A stretch of 64,000 nucleotides of DNA, taken from Candidatus Dojkabacteria bacterium UBA4813. GTDB lineage: Bacteria; Patescibacteriota; Dojkabacteria; SC72. The stretch spans positions 20,408 through 84,407 of the forward strand of contig DHFX01000006.1 of the NCBI GenBank assembly GCA_002402455.1. The letters are read 5' to 3'. Shown here in pieces: positions 49,382 through 58,534 of the stretch. Under the pieces are notes generated by a model. It did not search any database, was not told the origin of the DNA, and worked only from the letters and a program-made list of their open reading frames with translations. The position numbers and the translations under genes were made by a program. Every line of letters starts with the position of its first letter. Positions within the stretch are counted from its first letter, which is position 1.

Positions 49382-51818
49382 TTAAACCTTGTGGAGTCAG
49401 ATGTTCTTTCCCCTTCTGGATATCTTTGCGAGATTGCACTGCCTGACCGGAGAGGGTGTTACTCTTAATTCTATCTAAGATTCCCTTTTCCATTTCGGTT
49501 TTATCAGGACTTAATTGTTCTTCTTGTTCTTTTAATCTCTTTTCTAGTTCTTTTTGGTATTCTGCTCTCTCCATCTGTATGGTGCTTCTTTGTCCCTGTG
49601 TTCGTTTTACAGCTTCTTCAATAATTTCTTCCTGTCTTGCCATTTCTTCTCCATTTTTCATTGGTCTTTGTTCTGTCGGAGGTTCATATATTTCAGATAA
49701 TTGTTCTAAAGTTCTGGTATCTGGCTGACCCTCTCTTGTTTTAAGCTTTTCTAAATCTCTAGGGTCAGAAGTTATTAATTCATGTTCTGATACGCTGGAC
49801 AGTACTTGAATTCCCACGTGGTTTGAGCCTGCAAAGAAGAGTCCTTGTCCTTGATCACAGTTAAGGAGGAAGTTTTTTTCTCCATCTGAGAGATTAAAGA
49901 CCTCTTGTAGTTTTTCTACTGCTGTTGGACTTTGCATCATGAGCATTTGTATGGAAGAGTTTGAAATTATTGCCTTACCCATGTCATTGTTTAGGAAGTC
50001 CGCAACATCCTGAGTTATTGTGGACAGACCAAGGTAGTATTTCCTTGCTCTTTTTGCTATAGAGTACATAAATTTAGCAGAGTCTTCGGACTGCATCATA
50101 TACCAAGCCTCATCTACTATGAGTAGTCTTCTTTTTCTCTCCTTTCTAATCTTAGTCCAAATGAAGTCTAGCATTAGATACATAGCAAGGGGTTTTAATT
50201 CTTCCTGCAGGTCTCTAACACTAAAGACTGTAAATGGATTGTCTATCTCAAAGTTGCTTGCCTCATTGAAAACTCCGGCACCACTACCAATAATATATTT
50301 TTCCAATCTTCTTGCCAGACCATGTGCTTCTGTTTCTGCCATTCCCTTTAAGACTTTATATAAATCTTCAAGGAGTGGAGGAGTTTTAGTTTGAGTGTTA
50401 GGGTCGAATGTTATTCCTTTCTCACGATATGTGAGTATGAGAGCTCGATCCAGAATAGAGCTCTCAATATTGCTAAGTTCTCCAAGCATAACTTTGAAGA
50501 AACCTTGTAAAGCCAAGAGTTTCATTCTTAATTCATCATCTCCTTCTTCTGTCACACCGGAGAGTTCGAAAGGATTCATTTTATTTCCTTTGTCTTGTGA
50601 GAAGGAGATGTAGGCACCATTAACGGCTTTAGCTAAACTCTCGTACTCCCTTTCTGGGTCAATTATTAATATTTCTGTTCCCAACATTAGACTTCTTACG
50701 GCCTCGAGCTTAACGAAATAGCTCTTACCCGCACCGGATTTTGCAAAGACTACTGTGTTAGCATTTTCTAGTTCAAAGCGATCGAAGATTACCAAACTTC
50801 TGTTGTGTAGGTTTAATCCGTACATAATTCCATGATCCATGGTAAGTTCAGATGTAACAAAGGGAAAAGTTGTTGCGAGAGAAGTAGTATCCATATTTCT
50901 AGTTATGTACATACTATCTAGTCCGAGGGGTTGGCAACTTATGAATCCCTGCTCCTGTTGTAAGGTTGCAGGTTTTGCAGTTACGTTTATTGCGGCTAGA
51001 GTTGATGTGACATTCCTGGAAATTCTCTCAAGAGTATCTTTGTCTTTTGCATAGAGGGTTATATACATTGAGAAGTGGAAAAATTTTTCTGTTCCCTCTG
51101 CAATAGAATCCTGTAACTGCTGAGCATCTGCGAGTGCCACTTTTAGTGAAGGGTCTATAACTTTCCTTTCTTCCATTTGAGAATAAAGGGTAGCTTCCAT
51201 CTCTCCGATTTTCTTTTTGAGTTTTTCTAAAATAGTTTTGTTGTCTACCGGATAATAGAAGGTACTGATTCTTAATGAGTGTTCGAAGTTGATTATGGGG
51301 GAGAGCCAATTAGGACCAACAAATCTTGGGTATCCACTCACAAATAATGTTTTGAAGAAGTAATCTCCTATTTGTAAGTTGTTAAAATCCACTTCTAGGT
51401 CTATTGGGGCAATGATGTCTTGTATAGACATATCCGAAGGAATTAATTTCCTAACACTATGTGGGTCGTTATTTACATATCTGGTTTCCCAAGAACTTTC
51501 TTCTTCAGTTGTTTCTTCTTTAGATTTTTTCTTGTTAGAGTGCCCGAGTAGTTCGGTAACGTTATCCATGACATTTGTGATAATATTCCCTTTTTTCTTT
51601 TTTTCCTCCTCTTCTAGAGATTTTGTATCATTGTATCTGTCCTCCTTTCCCTCGGGGATGTTTTTAGCTTCCTCTTTAAGTTTTGAAACTTCCTGTCGGA
51701 ATGAGGCATACTTTTCACCGGTTGTTTTAAACTTTTCGGTTTGCTGTTCCAACTTTTGAGTTGTCTTTGTTTCCAGTTGTTTGTTGTAGTTGTTGTAGTT
51801 ATTATTTATGCCATCCAT
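49344..51818 (-). CDS. virB4: VirB4/TrbE/CagE-family type IV secretion ATPase
   Basis: Walker A FAKSGAGKSYFVK and Walker B LLIVDEAWYMM. A Gram-positive-type VirB4 N-domain block (GDYFFKTLFVSGYPRFVGPNWLSPIINFEHSLRISTFYYPVD). Preceded by a ~120-aa charged low-complexity N-terminal extension. Confidence 0.85.
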   Translation of the reverse strand: MDGINNNYNNYNKQLETKTTQKLEQQTEKFKTTGEKYASFRQEVSKLKEEAKNIPEGKEDRYNDTKSLEEEEKKKKGNIITNVMDNVTELLGHSNKKKSKEETTEEESSWETRYVNNDPHSVRKLIPSDMSIQDIIAPIDLEVDFNNLQIGDYFFKTLFVSGYPRFVGPNWLSPIINFEHSLRISTFYYPVDNKTILEKLKKKIGEMEATLYSQMEERKVIDPSLKVALADAQQLQDSIAEGTEKFFHFSMYITLYAKDKDTLERISRNVTSTLAAINVTAKPATLQQEQGFISCQPLGLDSMYITRNMDTTSLATTFPFVTSELTMDHGIMYGLNLHNRSLVIFDRFELENANTVVFAKSGAGKSYFVKLEAVRSLMLGTEILIIDPEREYESLAKAVNGAYISFSQDKGNKMNPFELSGVTEEGDDELRMKLLALQGFFKVMLGELSNIESSILDRALILTYREKGITFDPNTQTKTPPLLEDLYKVLKGMAETEAHGLARRLEKYIIGSGAGVFNEASNFEIDNPFTVFSVRDLQEELKPLAMYLMLDFIWTKIRKERKRRLLIVDEAWYMMQSEDSAKFMYSIAKRARKYYLGLSTITQDVADFLNNDMGKAIISNSSIQMLMMQSPTAVEKLQEVFNLSDGEKNFLLNCDQGQGLFFAGSNHVGIQVLSSVSEHELITSDPRDLEKLKTREGQPDTRTLEQLSEIYEPPTEQRPMKNGEEMARQEEIIEEAVKRTQGQRSTIQMERAEYQKELEKRLKEQEEQLSPDKTEMEKGILDRIKSNTLSGQAVQSRKDIQKGKEHLTPQGLIESYPEDKNEQL

Positions 51819-52456
51819 TATTCTTCGTCAGGGTTATATATTGTATAGAATTCAGATAATAATTCTTTAGTTGTTAACTGGTGGCCGAAGAGTCCCATTC
51901 TACTAAGTTGCTTAAGAATATGGTCTCTCTTTGGAAATAGGAAGATTTTAGCCTTTTCTACTAATTGGTCCGTTTTCATCTGGTTCATTTGCTCCTGTTC
52001 TTCTTTTTTCTTTTTGGAATCCAATATGTTTGTTCCCGGTATAGGTGCTCCCGGACTGTAAGGAATCACTATAAAGAAGTTCTTATCTAGGACATCATTT
52101 TGAATAATTAGTTTCTGAACAAAATTCGTGTATATATCTAACTGTTTTCTGAGTCCTTCACTCATCTGTTTTCTATCCATGCTGGTCGTTAGGTAATCTA
52201 TATAGTTAGAAATATCTATTCTTTTTGTCCTAATAAGGATTTGAATCCTGAAATTTAGGGAGTTTAGAAGTCCAGCGAATGCATATATTTTATTGTCTTG
52301 TTCGTACTCTGCAAGAAGGTCAAAGTTAATGGAGGAGGTTTGTATGACCATTGCCACACTCCCTTGTGTGGTTATTATTAAATCATCTTGGATATCTTTT
52401 ATCCCTAGATGGTCCTGTGTTGACGCTGTCGCTCTTGCTCTCGCTTTTTTATCCAC
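51818..52456 (-). CDS. hypothetical soluble protein between the PrgI-like and VirB4 genes, possible T4SS accessory or split-off VirB4 N-terminal piece
   Basis: No TM segment and no motif recognised. Its start overlaps the PrgI-like stop and its stop overlaps the virB4 start, which suggests translational coupling. Confidence 0.4.
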   Translation of the reverse strand: MDKKARARATASTQDHLGIKDIQDDLIITTQGSVAMVIQTSSINFDLLAEYEQDNKIYAFAGLLNSLNFRIQILIRTKRIDISNYIDYLTTSMDRKQMSEGLRKQLDIYTNFVQKLIIQNDVLDKNFFIVIPYSPGAPIPGTNILDSKKKKEEQEQMNQMKTDQLVEKAKIFLFPKRDHILKQLSRMGLFGHQLTTKELLSEFYTIYNPDEE

Positions 52457-52457
52457 C

Positions 52458-53279
52458 TTATATATTGTTAATTTTAATTGGCAACTTACTTCTTTTCTCT
52501 GTTACTTCTAGTTGAACTTTTGGAAATTCATATGTAGGATGTTGAAATTCTAACATATATGTACCTGGTTCCCATAATTTATTTGTTAAGAAATAGCCAC
52601 TTTCTCTAGTCTTATTTGCATAGAGGATTTTTCCGTCTGCAGACTTTAAGTATACAATAACATTTGGAATAGGCTTTGAATCTTTTGTAGATAACCATGC
52701 ATTTATATTCCCAGGGAGTTTGTCTGCATTAGCTATGTTGAATTGGTACTTAGATATATTATCCTCAGTAAGAATCATGGTATTAGGAATAAGTCGAGGA
52801 TCTACATTAAGTTCCTCATCTAACATATCTTTAGGGTCATTCTCTTCAGGTTCAATAGGGTTGCCTGTAGCGGGAAGGCTCTCTCCAATAATTTTCTTCT
52901 TTTTAATTTTAACGTCCTTCGGAATTAGTCTACCTTCTTCATCCGGTTTAAGTTCTGGTTTAGCTCCTTTCTCCTTTAATTCTTCATTTAACCATACCCT
53001 TTGTGTTGGATTTGTTATTGCTGTAATATAATTTTTTATGAAGACATCCGCATCTTGCTCATTTATTGGAACCAGACCCAGGAAAGCTCCTAGTCCAGAG
53101 GATACGATAAAGATTGGTATCCCAAGTAAAGCAGGAATAATATTTGAGACCACTAGGTATATCATGATTCCTCCAATACCCAAACCTATTGCTAAGTAGG
53201 CAAATTCCTTAAGAGTAAACTTCGTAAAGAGTTTAAACTCAATATCTAATATATTTTGCGGAATCGCATGTTGTCTCAT
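52458..53279 (-). CDS. PrgI/VirB3-like T4SS membrane protein with a C-terminal beta-sandwich extension
   Basis: The N-terminus IPQNILDIEFKLFTKFTLKEFAYLAIGLGIGGIMIYL plus a second TM helix matches the PrgI-family hairpin pattern from memory. A ~190-aa C-terminal region has carboxypeptidase-regulatory-like strands (VIVYLKSADGKILYANKTRESGYF). Confidence 0.45.
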   Translation of the reverse strand: MRQHAIPQNILDIEFKLFTKFTLKEFAYLAIGLGIGGIMIYLVVSNIIPALLGIPIFIVSSGLGAFLGLVPINEQDADVFIKNYITAITNPTQRVWLNEELKEKGAKPELKPDEEGRLIPKDVKIKKKKIIGESLPATGNPIEPEENDPKDMLDEELNVDPRLIPNTMILTEDNISKYQFNIANADKLPGNINAWLSTKDSKPIPNVIVYLKSADGKILYANKTRESGYFLTNKLWEPGTYMLEFQHPTYEFPKVQLEVTEKRSKLPIKINNI

Positions 53280-53326
53280 ATGTAGGCAGATTTTACTATT
53301 TTCTTCATATAAAGTTTACCAGAATA

Positions 53327-54154
53327 TTGAATATACTTACAATGTTTGGTTCTTTTAAGTTGTATTATAATGATTATATGGTAACGAGGTATGAAAAATT
53401 TAAAGATCTTCTCAAATTCAGAAAAACCATGGATCTGGGTCTTTCTAAAGATAAGGTAAGATATATATGGGGTAGAAGGTTTCTTAGGGAGTTGGAGGGA
53501 GAGGATATTAAGGACGACGGAGATTTAGGCCATGCATCTTTAGAAAAATTGGAAATAGCAAAAAAAGAGCTTCCTAAACTTAAGGTCTTTGATTGGGTCA
53601 GATTTGTGGGAGTATCCGGTTCAGTTGCTGCGGGTTTTGCAAATGAGAGTGATGACATTGATATATTCGTCGTAGTAAGGAATGGGACCATGTGGATTTA
53701 TAGGGCTATTGTCGCGTTTAGAAACGTCTTTCATAATAAGATTCGAGCAAAAAGACATAAAGATGTAAGAAATAAATTGTGTGTGAATTTAATTTGTGAG
53801 GAACGTGGTCTGGAATTTCCGAATGATATTTTTAATATGCATGAGCTTCTCTTCATGATTCCTCTATATAATGAAGAGTATAAAAGATATATTTTTTCTG
53901 TAAATCCGTGGTTGGAAAAGGACTTCTGTGTTAAAAAGGAGTTACTTAAATCAAGAACAATTCCAAAGGAAAGGGTGTTTTTCCCCCTTAGAGTTCTCAA
54001 TTTTCTTGCGTTTGTCGGGCAGTTAATCTTCATGTTTATTTCCGGTCATAATCCTGAGATGAAGAGATTAGTAGAGAATTACAAAAAGGGCAGAATAGAA
54101 TTCTTTGAATATAGTTTTCGTATAGAGAAATTGGAGAAATATCTTAATGGGTAG
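53327..54154 (+). CDS. nucleotidyltransferase-fold protein (Pol-beta superfamily), function unknown
   Basis: GVSGSVAAGFANESDDIDIFVVV matches the hG[GS]x9-13DhD NTase signature, and a later acidic pair (LICEE) is present. The first ~90 aa and the last ~120 aa show no recognisable family. It is the only plus-strand gene between minus-strand blocks. Confidence 0.5.
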   Translation: MNILTMFGSFKLYYNDYMVTRYEKFKDLLKFRKTMDLGLSKDKVRYIWGRRFLRELEGEDIKDDGDLGHASLEKLEIAKKELPKLKVFDWVRFVGVSGSVAAGFANESDDIDIFVVVRNGTMWIYRAIVAFRNVFHNKIRAKRHKDVRNKLCVNLICEERGLEFPNDIFNMHELLFMIPLYNEEYKRYIFSVNPWLEKDFCVKKELLKSRTIPKERVFFPLRVLNFLAFVGQLIFMFISGHNPEMKRLVENYKKGRIEFFEYSFRIEKLEKYLNG

Positions 54155-55201
54155 TTATTTAAAGGAGTTTAGATTTATCAATTGTGCTTTTTCTATAACT
54201 TCTCTGGGGAGATTTTTGTAGTCAATTGTTGTTATAAAGGTTTGTTGTTTAGAAAGAAAATTTTTATTAAATATTTTTTTGGTGTTTTCCTTATCTAATT
54301 CTGAGGAGATATCATCTAGCAAGAGTATAGGGTAGAAACCCAGTTTTTTCGCCACTAATTCTTGTTTACTAAATAGTAATTGCCCAATAGATAGCCTTTT
54401 TTCTCCTCTTGATCCGAATTTTTTAATATCCATTCCGTTTATTAAGTTCCAATCGTCTCTGTGTGGTCCTATGTTTGTGTATCCTGTTGCGATGTCTCTT
54501 TTTTTAGACATTTCAATTTTTTCTTCGAGAGGCGTTTCTCCATTTGATTTTATATATTCCATTCGAATATATTCCGAACTGATTTCACGGCACAGCTGAA
54601 TTCTTTTTTTTTGTATCTCCTCTGCGAGCTTTGTAAACTTTTCCGTCCAGAAATTAAGTTGGGTATCGTTTATTGCTATGGTTCCCCTTTCATAAAAATC
54701 CTTAGAAAGTCTTTTAAGATAGGAGTTTCTTTGTCTCAATGTTTTCTTGAAAGTTTTAAGAGTATCGGAGTAGTCGTAATTTATTAGGGAAATCGTTTCG
54801 TCTAGGAACTCTCTTCTTTTGCTTGGAGAGATCATTAATATCTCAATTTGTTCAGGATTAAAAGTTGTAGAGGCGGTTTCTTCAAAGAACTTTTTTGGTG
54901 TGGTCCTTTTGGAGTCTATTTGGAATACTCGTTTAGTATTATCCTTAAAAAAGGAGAATATTTTCCCATCTATGTTTATCTCTATTCTAGTATATTTTTT
55001 ATTATCCTCTTGGTTGGTGTAGATATATTCGTCCGAGGAAGCCCATGGAGAGAAGCCGTTTGTTATTAGCATAATGGATTCTAGGATTGTGCTTTTACCC
55101 TGTGCGTTATCTCCATATAGGATTACTATTTCTTTGTTAATAGGGATTTCTATTTCCCCAAATTTCCTAAAATTTGATAGTTTTATATTTCTAATAATCA
55201 T
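54155..55201 (-). CDS. recF: DNA replication and repair protein RecF
   Basis: Walker A GDNAQGKSTILE, the RecF blocks SKRREFLDE and LRQRNSYLK, GPHRDDW, signature SRGEKRLSIGQLLF and D-loop LLLDDISSELD. Confidence 0.8.
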   Translation of the reverse strand: MIIRNIKLSNFRKFGEIEIPINKEIVILYGDNAQGKSTILESIMLITNGFSPWASSDEYIYTNQEDNKKYTRIEINIDGKIFSFFKDNTKRVFQIDSKRTTPKKFFEETASTTFNPEQIEILMISPSKRREFLDETISLINYDYSDTLKTFKKTLRQRNSYLKRLSKDFYERGTIAINDTQLNFWTEKFTKLAEEIQKKRIQLCREISSEYIRMEYIKSNGETPLEEKIEMSKKRDIATGYTNIGPHRDDWNLINGMDIKKFGSRGEKRLSIGQLLFSKQELVAKKLGFYPILLLDDISSELDKENTKKIFNKNFLSKQQTFITTIDYKNLPREVIEKAQLINLNSFK

Positions 55202-57015
55202 TATGTCTTAAGAATTGCTAAAAAGGCTTCCTGAGGTATAGTTACCTGACCAATTTCTTTTAATCTCTTCTTCCCTTTCTTCTGTTTTTCCAAGAGCTTT
55301 TTCTTTCTGGAGTAGTCTCCTCCGTACAGTTTTTCTGTCACATTTTTTCTATATCCTTGGACATCTTCTCTTGCAATTATCTTTGCTCCTATTGATGCTT
55401 GTAGTGGGATAGGGAACTGTTGTTTAGGAATTACTTTCTTCATCTCCTTTAAGAGGGTAACAGCCTTTAATCTTGCTTTCTCTTTTACCTCCAAGAAGCT
55501 AAGTGCTTCCACCTCCTCATGATTTACTAGTACTGAAACTTTTACAATATCTGCAGGAAAGAAGTCTATTATTTCGTATTCCATTGAAGCATATCCACTC
55601 GTAATATTCTTCATGAGGTCAAAGAAGTTGGATATAAGAGATGCTAATGGCATATCATACTCCAAGGTTATATATTGCTCTCTTAGAAGAATCTCTTTTT
55701 CAGCGGAGAGATATTTTGTATTTACGTATTCTCCCCTTTTTAATTGGCATAACTTCATAAGGTCACCCAGATATTTCTCAGGAGTCATAATTGCAATCCT
55801 GGCCCATGGTTCTCTTATTTCTTTTATTTCTGAAGGGTCGGGAAGTTCGTTTGGAGTCTGTATCTCAAGTTCTGCTCCGTTCGTTTTTATGACTCTGTAT
55901 TCTACTGTTGGAGCGGTTACTACGAGGTTAACTCCATATTCTCTCTCCAATCGTTCCTGAATAATTTCCATATGTAGAAGGCCTAAGAAACCACATCTGA
56001 AACCAGAGCCTAATAATGGAGATCTCTGTTCTGTAAATGAGAGGGAAGAGTCATTCAGGGAAAGTTTTTTGAGAGCGATCTTGAGATTTTCGTATTCTTC
56101 TGGATCTGTAGGAAAGAAAGTTGCAAACATATTGGGTTTTGGAACTTTATATCCCGAGAGAGGCTTTGTTCCCTTTTTATCTGACACAGTATCTCCGACT
56201 GTAAAGTAGCTGGTATCTTTAAGTCCGGTAGCTATGTAACCGACCTCTCCTGTTTTTAATATGCCTGTTTCTAAAAGATTAGGATTGAAGACTCCTATTT
56301 CTGCTGGTTTAAAAGATTCTTTTCTTTGCATCATGTAAAGCTCTTCGGCTTTTCCATGGATGTATTCTATTTTCCCATCAAAGACTCTAACTGCAATTAC
56401 CACTCCCCTATGTTCGTCATAGAAGGAGTCAAAGACTAATGCTTTTAAAGGTTTGTTAGGATCTCCCTTTGGAGAAGGGGATCTTTTTACAATTTCATCT
56501 AATAATCTGTCCACATTCTCGCCTGTTTTTGCAGAGACTTTTATGATCTCTTCTTTTTTAAATCCCAAGAGGCTTCTGATCTCTCTTTCTCTCTCTGTTA
56601 TATCTAGATTAGGCAGATCTATCTTGTTGAGGACTGGAATTATTTTTAGACCTAAATCTAAAGCCTTCTTCGTGTTAGATATTGTTTGAGCTTGAATTCC
56701 TTGGCTGGCATCTATTAAAAGTATTGCGGATTCACATGCGGCTAACGATCTGGAAACCTCGTAGGAGAAATCTACATGGCCGGGAGTGTCTATTAGGTTT
56801 AATTGGTATCCTTTCCAACTCATTCTACAAGCCTGTAGCTTTATGGTAATTCCTTTTTCTTGTTCTAAATCTAGTCTATCTAAAACTCTCTCTTTTCTTT
56901 TTTCTCTAGAGAGATCTGTCTTAACTGCTTCTAAAATTCTGTCCGCTAGGGTGGATTTCCCATGGTCTATATGTGCAATTATTGAGAAATTGCGAATCCT
57001 GTCTAAATCTTGCAT
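55201..57015 (-). CDS. lepA: elongation factor 4 (LepA)
   Basis: IRNFSIIAHIDHGKSTLADR and the DTPGHVDF G domain, plus the LepA-specific C-terminal domain. Confidence 0.95.
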   Translation of the reverse strand: MQDLDRIRNFSIIAHIDHGKSTLADRILEAVKTDLSREKRKERVLDRLDLEQEKGITIKLQACRMSWKGYQLNLIDTPGHVDFSYEVSRSLAACESAILLIDASQGIQAQTISNTKKALDLGLKIIPVLNKIDLPNLDITEREREIRSLLGFKKEEIIKVSAKTGENVDRLLDEIVKRSPSPKGDPNKPLKALVFDSFYDEHRGVVIAVRVFDGKIEYIHGKAEELYMMQRKESFKPAEIGVFNPNLLETGILKTGEVGYIATGLKDTSYFTVGDTVSDKKGTKPLSGYKVPKPNMFATFFPTDPEEYENLKIALKKLSLNDSSLSFTEQRSPLLGSGFRCGFLGLLHMEIIQERLEREYGVNLVVTAPTVEYRVIKTNGAELEIQTPNELPDPSEIKEIREPWARIAIMTPEKYLGDLMKLCQLKRGEYVNTKYLSAEKEILLREQYITLEYDMPLASLISNFFDLMKNITSGYASMEYEIIDFFPADIVKVSVLVNHEEVEALSFLEVKEKARLKAVTLLKEMKKVIPKQQFPIPLQASIGAKIIAREDVQGYRKNVTEKLYGGDYSRKKKLLEKQKKGKKRLKEIGQVTIPQEAFLAILKT

Positions 57016-57056
57016 ACGAGGAATTATAACACGAGAAAGGAGGGGAGATTGCTTAT

Positions 57057-57611
57057 CTATTCGATAGTTATTGTCATGTCGAATAATTCAGAAAACTGAA
57101 CACCGGATAGATTCTCTAAAGCCAGGAAGATAATTAATTTCTCTGAAGGAAGAATACTAATTTTTTGTTCGTATGTCTCTCCTGTATTATCTTGTAGAAG
57201 ATATGGAATTTCTTTCTCCTGTAAATATATTTTTGATCTTGTGTTACTAAGGGTCTGACCCCAGAAAGTGAGAACCTTCTTCTCTTCTGTATTATTTTGT
57301 ATTTCTAGAATTGGCTTTGAGTAGGAGTCTGCACCTCTTTTGCCAATTCTTGCAGAGTAGGAATATTCGGTTTCGTCTATTTTAGTAAGATTCTCCCCAG
57401 AGAATATCTCATGTTGGCCAGCCACCAACCTTATAACTAGTTCATCCTGAGTAGTTACTCCCAATACGTCTATTTTTTTAATTTGCCTAGTTATTGGTGT
57501 TAGATTCATTACGGTTACAATTGGTAATATGAAGAAAAGGGCTAGTAAGCCAAGTGCAAAGGGTTCTAGTATCTGTGAGAATGTCTTTTTAAATTCTTCT
57601 TTTTTCCCCAT
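57057..57611 (-). CDS. hypothetical signal-anchored exported protein
   Basis: N-terminal TM (ILEPFALGLLALFFILPIVTV). No motif. Confidence 0.35.
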   Translation of the reverse strand: MGKKEEFKKTFSQILEPFALGLLALFFILPIVTVMNLTPITRQIKKIDVLGVTTQDELVIRLVAGQHEIFSGENLTKIDETEYSYSARIGKRGADSYSKPILEIQNNTEEKKVLTFWGQTLSNTRSKIYLQEKEIPYLLQDNTGETYEQKISILPSEKLIIFLALENLSGVQFSELFDMTITIE

Positions 57612-57629
57612 TTGGTATCTTTAAGGTGA

Positions 57630-58178
57630 TTAATAATAACTGTTTTCTTTAGGATATATCTTATCAGTTTCTAATTCAAATGTCTTTATTGTTCCCCATA
57701 CAGAAAGGAGTGAAGTTACTCCAGCTCCTACACCTATCCAGGTATATGTTTGACCCTGTAGTGTGTGGGTTATTGCAATAATCGAGGCTATTGTTAGAAA
57801 TGTAGTCCATATGAATATGTGTAAAAATGTTACGTCTTTTCTAGTTATCCATTTTAGAAGATTGAATCTTGTCACCTTTACCAAAGTTCTAGGATTCTGG
57901 AGTGTTGTTTGGTATAGAGAGGTCTTTATTATGAAGTAAAATGTGGGAACTGCTAGAAACAGAAGCATGGTTAGGTTTGAAATAGAGTTGACAAAGAGAG
58001 TGACATTGCTATCTGTAAAAACGATTTGTATGGAGGTGAACCCCTCTATGTCATTTTCAATGAAAAATTCGAGATCATAGATCACTGTTGGCAAGATTAT
58101 CCCGATTGCTTTTCCTGCTATCATTAATATCGCAGGAGCGAGGGATATTTTAAGTGCTTTTTTTAGCAATTTTGACAT
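57630..58178 (-). CDS. hypothetical polytopic membrane protein
   Basis: Four predicted TM helices. The track start overlaps the rpsT stop by 29 nt, so an internal Met (MIAGKAIG) may be the true start. Confidence 0.35.
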   Translation of the reverse strand: MSKLLKKALKISLAPAILMIAGKAIGIILPTVIYDLEFFIENDIEGFTSIQIVFTDSNVTLFVNSISNLTMLLFLAVPTFYFIIKTSLYQTTLQNPRTLVKVTRFNLLKWITRKDVTFLHIFIWTTFLTIASIIAITHTLQGQTYTWIGVGAGVTSLLSVWGTIKTFELETDKIYPKENSYY

Positions 58179-58446
58179 TATTTTGGGACAGTTCGTTTAA
58201 ATTTTTAGTAAGGCGAGATTTAATTCTATCTGCCTTTCCTTTCTTTATAACATTTTTTCTGGCTGCTTTGTCAAGAACCTTATAAGCATTTTTTATGTTT
58301 TTAGTAGCTCTTTCGATTTCCCCCTCGTTAATTAGGGTATTTTGTTTTTTAACTGCTCTCTTTATTCTGTTTCTTAACCTGTCATTGACGGTTTTTCTTT
58401 TCTTATTTTGTCTAAGATCTTTAATAGATGTCTTAAGATTTGGCAT
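58150..58446 (-). CDS. rpsT: 30S ribosomal protein S20
   Basis: MPNLKTSIKDLRQNKKRKTVNDRLRNRIKRAVKK is a typical S20 sequence. Confidence 0.8.
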   Translation of the reverse strand: MPNLKTSIKDLRQNKKRKTVNDRLRNRIKRAVKKQNTLINEGEIERATKNIKNAYKVLDKAARKNVIKKGKADRIKSRLTKNLNELSQNNVKIAKKST

Positions 58447-58534
58447 TTTAATTAGATATGTTATATATGTAAAGTAAGTAACTCGTAAGTCAGGGTATTA
58501 TATATATTATGTCTTTGTTTGTAAACATTCCTAT

